64,000 bases of DNA. Source: an uncultured Bacilli bacterium. Its GTDB lineage: Bacteria; Bacillota_I; Bacilli_A; RF39; UBA660. Shown here in pieces: positions 27,850 to 39,894 of the stretch. The stretch is taken from the NCBI GenBank assembly GCA_910587775.1, contig CAJUNF010000001.1, positions 34,770 through 98,769 on the forward strand, given 5' to 3'. The position numbers and the translations under genes were made by a program. Position 1 is the first letter of the stretch. Each line of letters begins with the position of its first letter. The notes below the pieces were generated by a model. The model was not told the DNA's origin. It worked only from the letters and a program-made list of their open reading frames with translations, and did not search any database.

Positions 27850-29725
27850 TTTTACTATACTCCTTTTTTAAATATACTGCTAAAATTGAGATATCAGATG
27901 GATTTACACCACTTATTCTAGCAGCTTGTCCAATGGAAAGAGGTCGAACTTTTTTTAGTTTTTGACGAGCTTCTGAAGCAATATTTTTGATATTATCATA
28001 ATTAATATCTGTAGGAATTAATTTTTCTTCTAATTTTAACATTCTTTCTATGTCACGTTCTGTTTTATTTATGTATCCTTCATATTTAATTGCAATCTCT
28101 ACTTGTTCTTTAATTAAATTTTCATAAGGAATTTCTAAAAATTCTTCTGTTATTTTCAAGTTAAAATCAGGACGTTTTAATAATTCATAAAAACTTTTTG
28201 AAGCTGATAAATCAATATTCAATTGTTTCAATTTATTTTTATTTTCTTCGTTTAGTTTTATTTTTTCATTTTTTAGAAGTGTTATTAAAGATGAAATTTC
28301 TTCTTTTTTCTTTTTTGTTTTTTCGTATTGCTCTTTGGTAATACTTCCTATTTTCCAAGCAAGATCTCTCAAACGTAAATCAGCATTATCATGACGAAGA
28401 ATTAAACGATATTCTGCTCTTGATGTTAACATACGGTATGGTTCATTTGTTCCTTTTGTTACTAAATCATCAATTAATACTCCTATATAAGCTTCATTTC
28501 TTTTTAAAATAAGAGGTTCTTTTTCTTTCAATTTTAAAACAGCATTGATTCCTGCAATTAATCCTTGTCCAGCTGCTTCTTCATAACCACTAGTTCCATT
28601 AATTTGACCAGCCGTAAAAATACCATCAATTACTTTGGATTCAAGAGATGGTTTTATTTGTAGAGGGTTAATTGCATCATATTCTATTGCATAAGCATAT
28701 TTGGTAATTTCAGCATTTTCGAGTCCCTGTAAACTATGAACCATTTTTTCTTGAATATCTCTTGGCATGCTAGTAGAAAATCCTTGTAAATACCATTCAT
28801 CATAGTAAAGGCTTTCTGGCTCTAAAAATAGTTGGTGGCGCTCTTTATCTTTAAAACGAACTAATTTATCTTCAATGGAAGGACAATATCTTGGCCCAAT
28901 TCCAGTTACATATCCTCCATACATTGCAGATTTTTCTAAATTATCTAATATTACTTTGTGAGTATTTTCATTAGTGTACAATAAATAACACTTTTGTTGA
29001 TCATTTATTTTGTAAGTAGGTTCATTATCCCAACTAAATGTATAGTACTCTTGATCACCTATTTCTTCTTTTAACTGTGAAAAATTAATTGTAGAATGTT
29101 TGATTCGTTGAGGAGTTCCAGTTTTTAATCGTTGAATTTCAAAACCAAGTTTCTTTAAATTGTCACTTAAATAATTACTTCTAGGTTCTCCATGAGGTCC
29201 ACCTTCCGTATTTTCATTTCCAATTAAAATATTACTTTTTAAATAGGTACCAGTTGTAAGTATTAATGTTTTGGTATTAATAATTTGACCTGATTTCAAG
29301 ACCACAGCTTCTATTTGATTATCTTTTGTTACAATATTTTCTACTGTACCTTCCATTATTTCTAAATTTTGAGTCTTCTTTAATTCTTCTAACATATTTT
29401 TGGGATAAGTTATTTTATCTGCTTGAGCTCTTAAAGATCTAACTGCTGGACCCTTGGCACTGTTTAGCATTTTTATTTGAAAATGAGATTTATCTGCAAT
29501 ACGGCCCATTAAACCACCTAAAGCATCAATTTCTCTTACTATTATTCCTTTTGCAGTACCACCAATTGAAGGATTACATGGCATATCAGCTATATTGTTG
29601 ATATTCATGGTAATTAATAATGTTTTAATACCCATAAAAGCAGCAATATGAGCTGCTTCACATCCAGCATGCCCTCCTCCTACTACAATACAATCAAAAT
29701 TCATTTTTATCACTTCCCTAAACAA
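27842..29725 (-). CDS. mnmG: tRNA uridine 5-carboxymethylaminomethyl modification enzyme MnmG (GidA)
   Basis: FDCIVVGGGHAGCEAA (FAD-binding). 627-aa full length. Confidence 0.95.
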   Translation of the reverse strand: MFREVIKMNFDCIVVGGGHAGCEAAHIAAFMGIKTLLITMNINNIADMPCNPSIGGTAKGIIVREIDALGGLMGRIADKSHFQIKMLNSAKGPAVRSLRAQADKITYPKNMLEELKKTQNLEIMEGTVENIVTKDNQIEAVVLKSGQIINTKTLILTTGTYLKSNILIGNENTEGGPHGEPRSNYLSDNLKKLGFEIQRLKTGTPQRIKHSTINFSQLKEEIGDQEYYTFSWDNEPTYKINDQQKCYLLYTNENTHKVILDNLEKSAMYGGYVTGIGPRYCPSIEDKLVRFKDKERHQLFLEPESLYYDEWYLQGFSTSMPRDIQEKMVHSLQGLENAEITKYAYAIEYDAINPLQIKPSLESKVIDGIFTAGQINGTSGYEEAAGQGLIAGINAVLKLKEKEPLILKRNEAYIGVLIDDLVTKGTNEPYRMLTSRAEYRLILRHDNADLRLRDLAWKIGSITKEQYEKTKKKKEEISSLITLLKNEKIKLNEENKNKLKQLNIDLSASKSFYELLKRPDFNLKITEEFLEIPYENLIKEQVEIAIKYEGYINKTERDIERMLKLEEKLIPTDINYDNIKNIASEARQKLKKVRPLSIGQAARISGVNPSDISILAVYLKKEYSKND

Positions 29726-31068
29726 AATTTTTGAAATAAGTTATCTATTAATTCGTCTTCGTATGTTTCACCTATAATAAGTCCTAAATTATTCCATGCT
29801 TCTTTTAACTCTATTTCTAATACATCTATTGGAATATTTTGTTCAATTTGTTTTTTAACATTTATTATATTTTGTAATGCCTTTTTTGCTAAAGTAATTT
29901 GACGAACATTAGATAAATAATTCATATCTTTACTTTCTATTTCATTTAAATGGAACATTTCGATTATTTTATTTTTTAATTCTGTTAATCCATCTGCATT
30001 AGTTGTATTTCCTGTGGTTATGTTCGAATATTCATATATTTTTGATTCTATATTTAATTCTAAATCATTTTTATTTAGGAAAATAATACTTTTTTTCTTT
30101 TCAATTTTAGAAAGTAATTCATAATCTTCTTTAGCTAATTTCTCATTAGAATTTAATACTAAAACTATTAAGTCTGCGGTATCAAATACTTTTTTACTTT
30201 TATCTACTCCTATTTTCTCTACGATATCTTCTGTTTCACGAATACCAGCTGTATCTATTAAATTTAAGACTATACCATTTAAAACAGTTGACCCTTCTAC
30301 AATATCTCTTGTTGTACCACTTATATTGGTAACAATTGCTTTTTCCTCTTCTAAAAAGGCATTTAATAAACTACTTTTTCCTACGTTTGGTCTTCCTATA
30401 AAAGCAACATTTATTCCACTTTTAATTAATTTTCCATTTTCAGATTCTTTAACTATTCTTTCTAATGCTTTAGAAATTTCTTTTAATTCTGGAAGAATAT
30501 TTTCATGCGTTATTACTTTTTCATCTTCATATTCTGGATAATCAATATTTACTTCAATATTTGTAAGAAGAGTAACAATTTGCTCTCTTAAATCTTGAAT
30601 AAGTTTGGTTAAAGATCCTGAAACACCTTTCATTGCAAGACTTCTTGCAGCTTCATTTTTTGCTTCTATCAAATCTTCTACTGCTTCTGCTTCTAATAAA
30701 TTAATTCTACCATTTAAAAATGCTCTTTTTGTAAATTCACCAGGTTCTGCCAATTGTGCTCCATTAAGTATTAAAATTTCTAATATTTTATTTGTAGTAG
30801 ATATACCACCATGACAATTTATCTCTACGATATCTTCTGTTGTATAAGTTTTTGGAGAAAGCATTTTCATAACTAAAACTTCATCTATTTTTTCTTCTTT
30901 ATTTAAAATATATCCATAATGTATTGTATGAGAAGGAGCTGTTTTAAAATTTTTATTACTAAAGATTTTGCTTGTAATATTAATTGCTTCTGGCCCACTC
31001 ATTCTCACGATTGATATTGCACCTTCATTTCCAGAAGGCGTTGAAATTGCACAAATTGTTGTTTCCAT
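29710..31068 (-). CDS. mnmE: tRNA modification GTPase MnmE (TrmE)
   Basis: The G-domain carries GRPNVGKSSLLN. The C-terminus ends in the FCLGK motif. Confidence 0.95.
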   Translation of the reverse strand: METTICAISTPSGNEGAISIVRMSGPEAINITSKIFSNKNFKTAPSHTIHYGYILNKEEKIDEVLVMKMLSPKTYTTEDIVEINCHGGISTTNKILEILILNGAQLAEPGEFTKRAFLNGRINLLEAEAVEDLIEAKNEAARSLAMKGVSGSLTKLIQDLREQIVTLLTNIEVNIDYPEYEDEKVITHENILPELKEISKALERIVKESENGKLIKSGINVAFIGRPNVGKSSLLNAFLEEEKAIVTNISGTTRDIVEGSTVLNGIVLNLIDTAGIRETEDIVEKIGVDKSKKVFDTADLIVLVLNSNEKLAKEDYELLSKIEKKKSIIFLNKNDLELNIESKIYEYSNITTGNTTNADGLTELKNKIIEMFHLNEIESKDMNYLSNVRQITLAKKALQNIINVKKQIEQNIPIDVLEIELKEAWNNLGLIIGETYEDELIDNLFQKFCLGK

Positions 31069-31134
31069 AAATCACCACTCGCCGGTATTATATCACGTTT
31101 TTAGTATTTTTTTTCTTCAAATGAAAAAAGCAGT

Positions 31135-31740
31135 TTACTCTGCTTTAATTATAATATGGCGATTAGGTTCTTCACCTTCACTAGTAGTTTTAATTCCTTT
31201 GAATGTAGATAATTTATTATGAATAATTCTTCTTTCATAGGAATTCATATTCTCAAGAGTAACATCTACTGATGTATCTCGAACTTCCTTTGCTAACCTT
31301 ATTGCTAATTTTTCTAAGTATTCTATTCTTTTTTCTTTGTAATTTTCTACATCTAAATTTATTTTTAAGAAATTATTCCAATCATTAAAATATTTTTGTT
31401 TCATTAATGTTTCTAAAGATTTTAATGTTTGTCCATTTTTTCCAATTAAAATTTGATTGTTATCAGAATACATATTTATTTCAAAAGTATCTTCATGAAT
31501 GCGACTTTCCATTTCAACCTTTATTCCCAAACCCTCTACTAAAGTTTTTAAATATGTTTTCATATCTTCTAGTAAATCTCTTTTTGTTATAGCTGTAACT
31601 GTAATTGTCGCAGATTTAAATAATTTACCTGTTTGTTCTTCATATTTATAAATTACTTCGCTTTTATTTGCATTTAATGAAATTAAAACATTTTCTAAAG
31701 CTTCATTTAATGATTTGGCTTGACTGGCTACTACATTCAT
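31135..31740 (-). CDS. jag: Jag/KhpB RNA-binding protein (KH plus R3H domains)
   Basis: The R3H motif SYERRIIHNKLS. It is in the conserved position downstream of yidC. Confidence 0.8.
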   Translation of the reverse strand: MNVVASQAKSLNEALENVLISLNANKSEVIYKYEEQTGKLFKSATITVTAITKRDLLEDMKTYLKTLVEGLGIKVEMESRIHEDTFEINMYSDNNQILIGKNGQTLKSLETLMKQKYFNDWNNFLKINLDVENYKEKRIEYLEKLAIRLAKEVRDTSVDVTLENMNSYERRIIHNKLSTFKGIKTTSEGEEPNRHIIIKAE

Positions 31741-31742
31741 GA

Positions 31743-32777
31743 TTATTTTCCTTCTTTCTTATTCACTTTCTTTATTTTAGCATTTGGAATTTTTTCTTTT
31801 TTGACAGATTCAACTTTAGGTTCATCTTTTGCTATTATTTTTTTCATTAAGAAATTTTGAATTACGATAAATCCATTTGTAACAATCCAGTAAAATGCTA
31901 AAGCGGTTGGTAAGCTAAATGATGCAACAGATATCATTATGATCATAAATTTAAACATAAAGTCCATTTGTTTCATCACTTCATTATTACCCATTCCATT
32001 ATTTTGATTCATAGAATGTTTGAAAGAAAAATAGGTTGTTAAAATTATTAATAATATTAAAATAATATAAATGTATTGTCCATTTGCGATTCCTTTTCCT
32101 GGAGTCATTCCAAGATTCATTCCAAATAATTCTCCCTCAAAAATTGCTGGGACACGATTAATCGCTTGTAAAAAAGCAAAGAATAATGGAATTTGTAAAA
32201 AAGAAACAAGACATCCACTTACTGGGTTAATTTTATATTTTTGATAAATTAGCATTGTTTCTTGACTTTTCATCATCATACTTTCACTATCAGTACGATT
32301 TGCATATTTTTTTTCAATTTTTTGAATTTCAGGATTTGCCTTTTTCATATTTTCTGTTTGACGCATTGTCTTAATTGATAAAGGAAATAAAATAAAACGA
32401 ATTAACAATCCTACTAGCATTACCGCAAGTCCAAAATTCTTTAAAAAATATCCTGCCTTTAAAATAATCCATGCTAAAGGTTTTACAAAAATAGATTCCC
32501 ATAAACTATGATAAGCTATTTTATTTGGAGTAAAATCTTCACATGATGGTAATGTTTCTAATTTAACTCTTAATTGATCATTGTATTGTTCATAAATTTT
32601 ATATAACCCTTCTTCTGTTGGTTTACATAATATGTCTTTTTGAACACTTTGACCTGTTTCTTCATTAATTACAACCTTATTGTCTTGATCTTTAATATAA
32701 TTACTATTACCACAACCACTTGTACTAAAAACTAAACTAGCCAACAACACACTCATTACGATTTTTTTATATTTCAT
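31743..32777 (-). CDS. yidC: membrane protein insertase YidC/SpoIIIJ (lipoprotein)
   Basis: The lipobox reads LVFSTSGC. The 60-kDa-IMP core has five TM helices. It is in the rnpA-yidC-jag context. Confidence 0.85.
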   Translation of the reverse strand: MKYKKIVMSVLLASLVFSTSGCGNSNYIKDQDNKVVINEETGQSVQKDILCKPTEEGLYKIYEQYNDQLRVKLETLPSCEDFTPNKIAYHSLWESIFVKPLAWIILKAGYFLKNFGLAVMLVGLLIRFILFPLSIKTMRQTENMKKANPEIQKIEKKYANRTDSESMMMKSQETMLIYQKYKINPVSGCLVSFLQIPLFFAFLQAINRVPAIFEGELFGMNLGMTPGKGIANGQYIYIILILLIILTTYFSFKHSMNQNNGMGNNEVMKQMDFMFKFMIIMISVASFSLPTALAFYWIVTNGFIVIQNFLMKKIIAKDEPKVESVKKEKIPNAKIKKVNKKEGK

Positions 32778-32786
32778 ATTTTCTCC

Positions 32787-33104
32787 TTATGACAAAAGAT
32801 CTAAAAGCATTTGTTCTAATTCTTCTAATTTTGCTTCTTTGGTCTTTTCTTTCATTATTATAATATAATCTAAGCCGTTTTGAAACTGTTTCTTTTGATT
32901 TGTCAAGATAACTCTCATACGACGTTTTAGTTTATTACGAAAAACAGCATTGCCTAATTTTTTTCCAACTGCTATTCCAAATCTAGAAATATGTAAATTG
33001 TTTTTCCTTATATATATATTATAGTATTTATTTTTTAGACATTTACCTTGTTCAATAACACTTCTAAATTCTTCATGGGTTTTTACTATTTCATATTTTT
33101 TCAT
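32787..33104 (-). CDS. rnpA: ribonuclease P protein component
   Basis: MKKYEIVKTHEEFRSVIEQGK...RNKLKRRMR is the RNR motif region. The start is set at ATG 33104 with an AAGGA RBS. The longer ORF beginning MAFFIKG was rejected. Confidence 0.8.
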   Translation of the reverse strand: MKKYEIVKTHEEFRSVIEQGKCLKNKYYNIYIRKNNLHISRFGIAVGKKLGNAVFRNKLKRRMRVILTNQKKQFQNGLDYIIIMKEKTKEAKLEELEQMLLDLLS

Positions 33105-33144
33105 ATGATCAATTCCTTTTATAAAAAAAGCCACATATCGTGGT

Positions 33145-33267
33145 TTATTTACATAATTGTTTGCGTCCTTTTCTTCTTCTTCTTTTTAAAATATTTGTTT
33201 CTTTACGTGCGAAGAAGCCATGTTTTTTCGCTTTTTTGCGATTATTTGGTTGATAAGTTCTTTTCAT
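33145..33267 (-). CDS. rpmH: 50S ribosomal protein L34 (40 aa). It is not in the ORF track.
   Basis: Minus-strand ATG at 33267 with an AAAGGAGG RBS. It encodes [40 protein letters not shown]. The L34 N-terminal signature is MKRTYQP..RK..K.HGF. TAA stop at 33145. Confidence 0.75.
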   Translation of the reverse strand: MKRTYQPNNRKKAKKHGFFARKETNILKRRRRKGRKQLCK

Positions 33268-33340
33268 ATTTGTACCTCCTTTTTCCTTAAAGCTCCCTTA
33301 TTATAAACTTACCACTATTAAAAAGTCAAGAAATAACGGG

Positions 33341-33446
33341 TTATACACAAATTCACATTGATGTTTATAAGATTACACATTATCAACGTTGATAATTATT
33401 CTATGTTGATAATTTCTAAAATCAAAGTTGTGGATAATGTTGATAA
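33341..33446. promoter_or_regulatory. oriC DnaA-box cluster upstream of dnaA
   Basis: One perfect TGTGGATAA at 33429-33437. One-mismatch boxes are TTATACACA (33341), TGTTGATAA (33404) and TGTTGATAA (33438). Weaker matches are TTATCAACG (33380) and GTTGATAAT (33388). Confidence 0.6.
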
Positions 33447-33582
33447 CTATATTTTTATCTGTTAGAATATGAAACCAAGACTGTTTATAAATTGTTAATT
33501 ATGTGTGAATTGTTCTTTCGTACTTGTTTTTAAAATCACAACTGAGTTAAAATGAAGTTGATAAAACGTGAGGGATTGTGGG

Positions 33583-34971
33583 GTGAAGTGGTTGAAAACA
33601 GAAACCGAAACATTATGGCAAAATTTCTTAGATCTTATTTATAAAGAAATCAACGCAGCTTCATTCCATGCGTGGTTTCACGATTTACTTTTACTTAGTA
33701 TAGATCGTTATCAACATAGTATTAAAATTCAGGTACCAATGGAAATTCATCGTAGAATTCTTGGTGAAAACTACTATTCACTCATTGAAGAAACTTTTTT
33801 AAAACTAACTGGTATTACTTTTGATATTGAATTTTTATTAGAAGAAGAAAAAGAAACAATTGTGGATAACTTTCAAAAAGAAATTATTTCTGATGAAAAT
33901 ATTCCTAATGTTATTGCAAAAGATTGGGAATCTAACTTAATTCCAGAACTTAATTTTGATAATTATGTAGTTGGAGATTCTAATCGACTCGCTAAAGTTG
34001 CTGGTATGGCTGTTGCTGAAGCACCTGGCAAAATACATAATCCTTTGTTTATTTACGGAAAAAGTGGACTTGGTAAAACTCATTTAATGCATGCTATTGG
34101 TAATTATATTGTTGAGCATTCTAATAAAAAAGTATTGTATACAACTAGTGATATGTTTATGAATGATTATACTGGAATTGCGAACTTAGAAAATAAAAAT
34201 AATACCGTTGAATACGCGAATAATTTTAAAAATAAATATCGTAATGTTGATGTTTTAATTATTGATGATATTCAATATTTAGTTGGGGCAGAGAAAACAC
34301 AACAAGAATTCTTTCATACATTTAATGCCTTACAACAAGCAAATAAACAGATTATTATAAGTTCTGACCGATCGCCAGATGATTTAAAATTATTAGAAGA
34401 ACGTCTTCGAAGCAGGTTTATGTGGGGATTGCCTGTGGATATCTATCCTCCAGATTTTGAACTTCGTTGTAAAATTATAAAGCAAAAAGTCAAAAATACC
34501 AGTATTGCTAATAAACTTGATGAAACTGTTGTTGAATTTATCGCAAATAGTTGCCAAAATGATGTAAGGTTTTTGGAAGGAACTATAAATCGTTTAATGG
34601 CTTATACTGCTATGGTCGTTCCTGATCATATTGATCTAGAATTTGCTAATGAAGCTTTAAAGGACTTTATTAATAAAAATATTTATTCAGAAAATAGTAT
34701 TGAGGGGATTCAGAATGCAGTAGCAGAGTATTATAATATTACGATTGCTGATCTTAAAGGAAAGAAAAAGAGTGCTAATATTGCTTATCCAAGGCAAATA
34801 GGAATGTATCTTTGTAGAATGCTAACTGATGAAACTTTTCCTAGAATTGGCTTAGAATTTGGTGGAAGAGACCATTCTACTGTAATTCATGCTTGTGATA
34901 AAATTGAAAAGGATTTAAAAACGAATCCGACACTATCAAATACATTAAAAGAAATTAAAAATAAAATATGA
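33583..34971 (+). CDS. dnaA: chromosomal replication initiator protein DnaA
   Basis: The AAA+ Walker A is GKSGLGKTHL. The C-terminal domain IV is ...IGLEFGGRDHSTV. Start candidates are GTG 33568 (longest), GTG 33583 (GAGGGA RBS) and TTG 33592. Confidence 0.95.
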   Translation: MKWLKTETETLWQNFLDLIYKEINAASFHAWFHDLLLLSIDRYQHSIKIQVPMEIHRRILGENYYSLIEETFLKLTGITFDIEFLLEEEKETIVDNFQKEIISDENIPNVIAKDWESNLIPELNFDNYVVGDSNRLAKVAGMAVAEAPGKIHNPLFIYGKSGLGKTHLMHAIGNYIVEHSNKKVLYTTSDMFMNDYTGIANLENKNNTVEYANNFKNKYRNVDVLIIDDIQYLVGAEKTQQEFFHTFNALQQANKQIIISSDRSPDDLKLLEERLRSRFMWGLPVDIYPPDFELRCKIIKQKVKNTSIANKLDETVVEFIANSCQNDVRFLEGTINRLMAYTAMVVPDHIDLEFANEALKDFINKNIYSENSIEGIQNAVAEYYNITIADLKGKKKSANIAYPRQIGMYLCRMLTDETFPRIGLEFGGRDHSTVIHACDKIEKDLKTNPTLSNTLKEIKNKI

Positions 34972-34972
34972 T

Positions 34973-35100
34973 TGTGGATAAATATTTAAAAACTGGATAG
35001 GAATTCACATCAGAATTTTAAAATCTGCTTAGGAAATATCAATGATTTGAAACCTATGCACATTATAAACTGTATTATTATAATTAATATTAAATTAATA
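34973..35100. promoter_or_regulatory. dnaA-dnaN intergenic oriC half: a perfect DnaA box plus an AT-rich candidate unwinding element
   Basis: TGTGGATAA at 34973-34981 lies 1 nt after the dnaA stop. A near-pure A/T run at about 35065-35100 precedes dnaN. Confidence 0.45.
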
Positions 35101-35120
35101 AAAAGAAAGAAGGAAACAAA

Positions 35121-36239
35121 ATGAAATTTTCAATTGATAAAAATATAATATTAGAAAACTTAAGTAATGTAATAAAAGGGGTATCTACAAAAAATGTGAT
35201 TCCAGTATTAAATGGAATTAAATTTGAATTACGTAGTGAAGGTTTGTATTTAACTGCAAGTGATTCTGAATTAGTCATTCAATCTTTTATTGAACGGAAA
35301 TTAATTAAAAATGTAGAAACTGAAGGAGTTATTATAATTGGTAGTAAATATATTTTAGAAATTTTACGAAAGATGCCAAGTGATGTTATTAACTTTGAAG
35401 TTATCGACAGTTTAAAAATAAAAATTTATTCTGATTTTAATCAATATAATTTAAATTGTTTAGATCCTAGTGAATATCCTAATTTAAGATTAGAAGAACA
35501 CAAAGATCCAATTGTATTACAAGGAGATTTATTTAAAACAATTATTAATCAAACAAGTTTTGCTATTTCAACACAAGAACTTCGTCCGCTTTTAACAGGT
35601 GTTAATATTAAAATAACTGGGGATCTTTTAGAATGTATCGCAACAGATTCTTATCGACTTGCAAAGAAGAACATTAAACTTGATACGCCAGTCTTAACAG
35701 ATATTAACATTGTAATTCCAGGAAAAAATATTATAGAATTAGAGAAAATTATTGTTGATAACGAAAACATAGAAATGCATATCTTTAATAATAAAGTTTT
35801 ATTTAAATATAAAAATATTATATTTCAAACTAATTTATTATCAGGAACTTATCCGAATACTTCTAATTTAATTCCTACTGAATTTGAAATTATCGTTCAA
35901 ACTAAAAAAGAAGAATTTGCATCTGCCGTTGATCGTGCTGCTTTGTTAACACAAGGGAAAGATAAAAATATCATAAAAATGCGCATTGAGAATAAAGAGA
36001 TGGTTATTAATTCTTATGCATCTGAAATAGGTAAGACAGAGGAACGTTTGATTGTTGAAACAAGTGAAAATTCAAATATTGATATTTCTTTTAGTGCAAA
36101 ATACATGTTAGAAGCTTTAAAAACTTTAAAAGATGAGGATATTTTAATTTTACTTAACAATGATGTTAAGCCAATAGTTATGAAATCATTGAAAGATGAG
36201 TCATTAATTCAGTTAATTTTACCAATTAAAACATATTAA
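35121..36239 (+). CDS. dnaN: DNA polymerase III beta sliding clamp
   Basis: 372-aa protein with a three-domain beta-clamp layout. It is in the conserved position after dnaA. Confidence 0.95.
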   Translation: MKFSIDKNIILENLSNVIKGVSTKNVIPVLNGIKFELRSEGLYLTASDSELVIQSFIERKLIKNVETEGVIIIGSKYILEILRKMPSDVINFEVIDSLKIKIYSDFNQYNLNCLDPSEYPNLRLEEHKDPIVLQGDLFKTIINQTSFAISTQELRPLLTGVNIKITGDLLECIATDSYRLAKKNIKLDTPVLTDINIVIPGKNIIELEKIIVDNENIEMHIFNNKVLFKYKNIIFQTNLLSGTYPNTSNLIPTEFEIIVQTKKEEFASAVDRAALLTQGKDKNIIKMRIENKEMVINSYASEIGKTEERLIVETSENSNIDISFSAKYMLEALKTLKDEDILILLNNDVKPIVMKSLKDESLIQLILPIKTY

Positions 36240-36324
36240 GACATGAAAATGTCTTTTTTTTGACATTTTTTTCATAAGTTCTGTATTAATATAAGGCCAA
36301 TTTTCCAAGTCAGGGGGTGAATTA

Positions 36325-36783
36325 ATGGAAAATTATGAGATTAATACAGAAACACTTGCTTTAATTTCTTTAAAAAATAAAACAGAGGTATTTGAAGAAA
36401 ATGATCATTTTTTTATTGATAAAGTAGCAAATGAAATTATGGAATCAAGTTGTGAGTATTTTGGAAGTTCATTATCAGGAAGACAGAAGGGAACTGAGCG
36501 GTTAATTGGGGTAAGTTATAAAGCTCCAGTTATAGTGGAAGAGACAGAAGAAATGATTTTTTTTCCGACTGAATCTCCTAGAAATGACAGTTGTTCTTGG
36601 ATTTCACTTCAAAAGATTAATAAATATTTTCGATGTGGAGAAAAGATGGTTATTGAATTTAAGAATGGAAGTAAAGTAGTTTTAGATTTATCATATGGAA
36701 AGCTAGATAATCAAGTTTTACGTGCAACTCGATTGGAGTCTGTTTTAAGAGGGCGAAAAAGCAATAAAAATAGTTTTAAATAA
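36325..36783 (+). CDS. comK: ComK-family protein (competence transcription factor fold)
   Basis: CEYFGSSLSGRQKGT aligns with B. subtilis ComK CRFFGSSYAGRKAGT. KAPVIVEETEEMIFFPTESPRNDSCSWIS aligns with KPPIMVDPSNQIFLFPTLSSTRPQCGWIS. FKNGSKVVLDLSYGKLDNQVLRATRL aligns with FSNGKTMELPISYNSFENQVYRTAWL. Confidence 0.7.
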   Translation: MENYEINTETLALISLKNKTEVFEENDHFFIDKVANEIMESSCEYFGSSLSGRQKGTERLIGVSYKAPVIVEETEEMIFFPTESPRNDSCSWISLQKINKYFRCGEKMVIEFKNGSKVVLDLSYGKLDNQVLRATRLESVLRGRKSNKNSFK

Positions 36784-36868
36784 GCTATTCGTGTGATATA
36801 ATGTTGATAGGTATAGAGGTACATATATACCTATTATTTTTGTATATGGCTTAAAAAGAGGCAAAATT

Positions 36869-39884
<3,016 letters not shown>

Positions 39885-39894
39885 GAGGTAGAGT

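Noticed and set aside
33568-33582. Longest-ORF start of dnaA (GTG 33568, MRDCGVKW...)
   Set aside because: This N-terminus is unlike DnaA N-termini (M..E..LW..L). GTG 33583 has a GAGGGA RBS at ideal spacing. TTG 33592 gives MKTETETLWQNF, which matches the DnaA consensus better.
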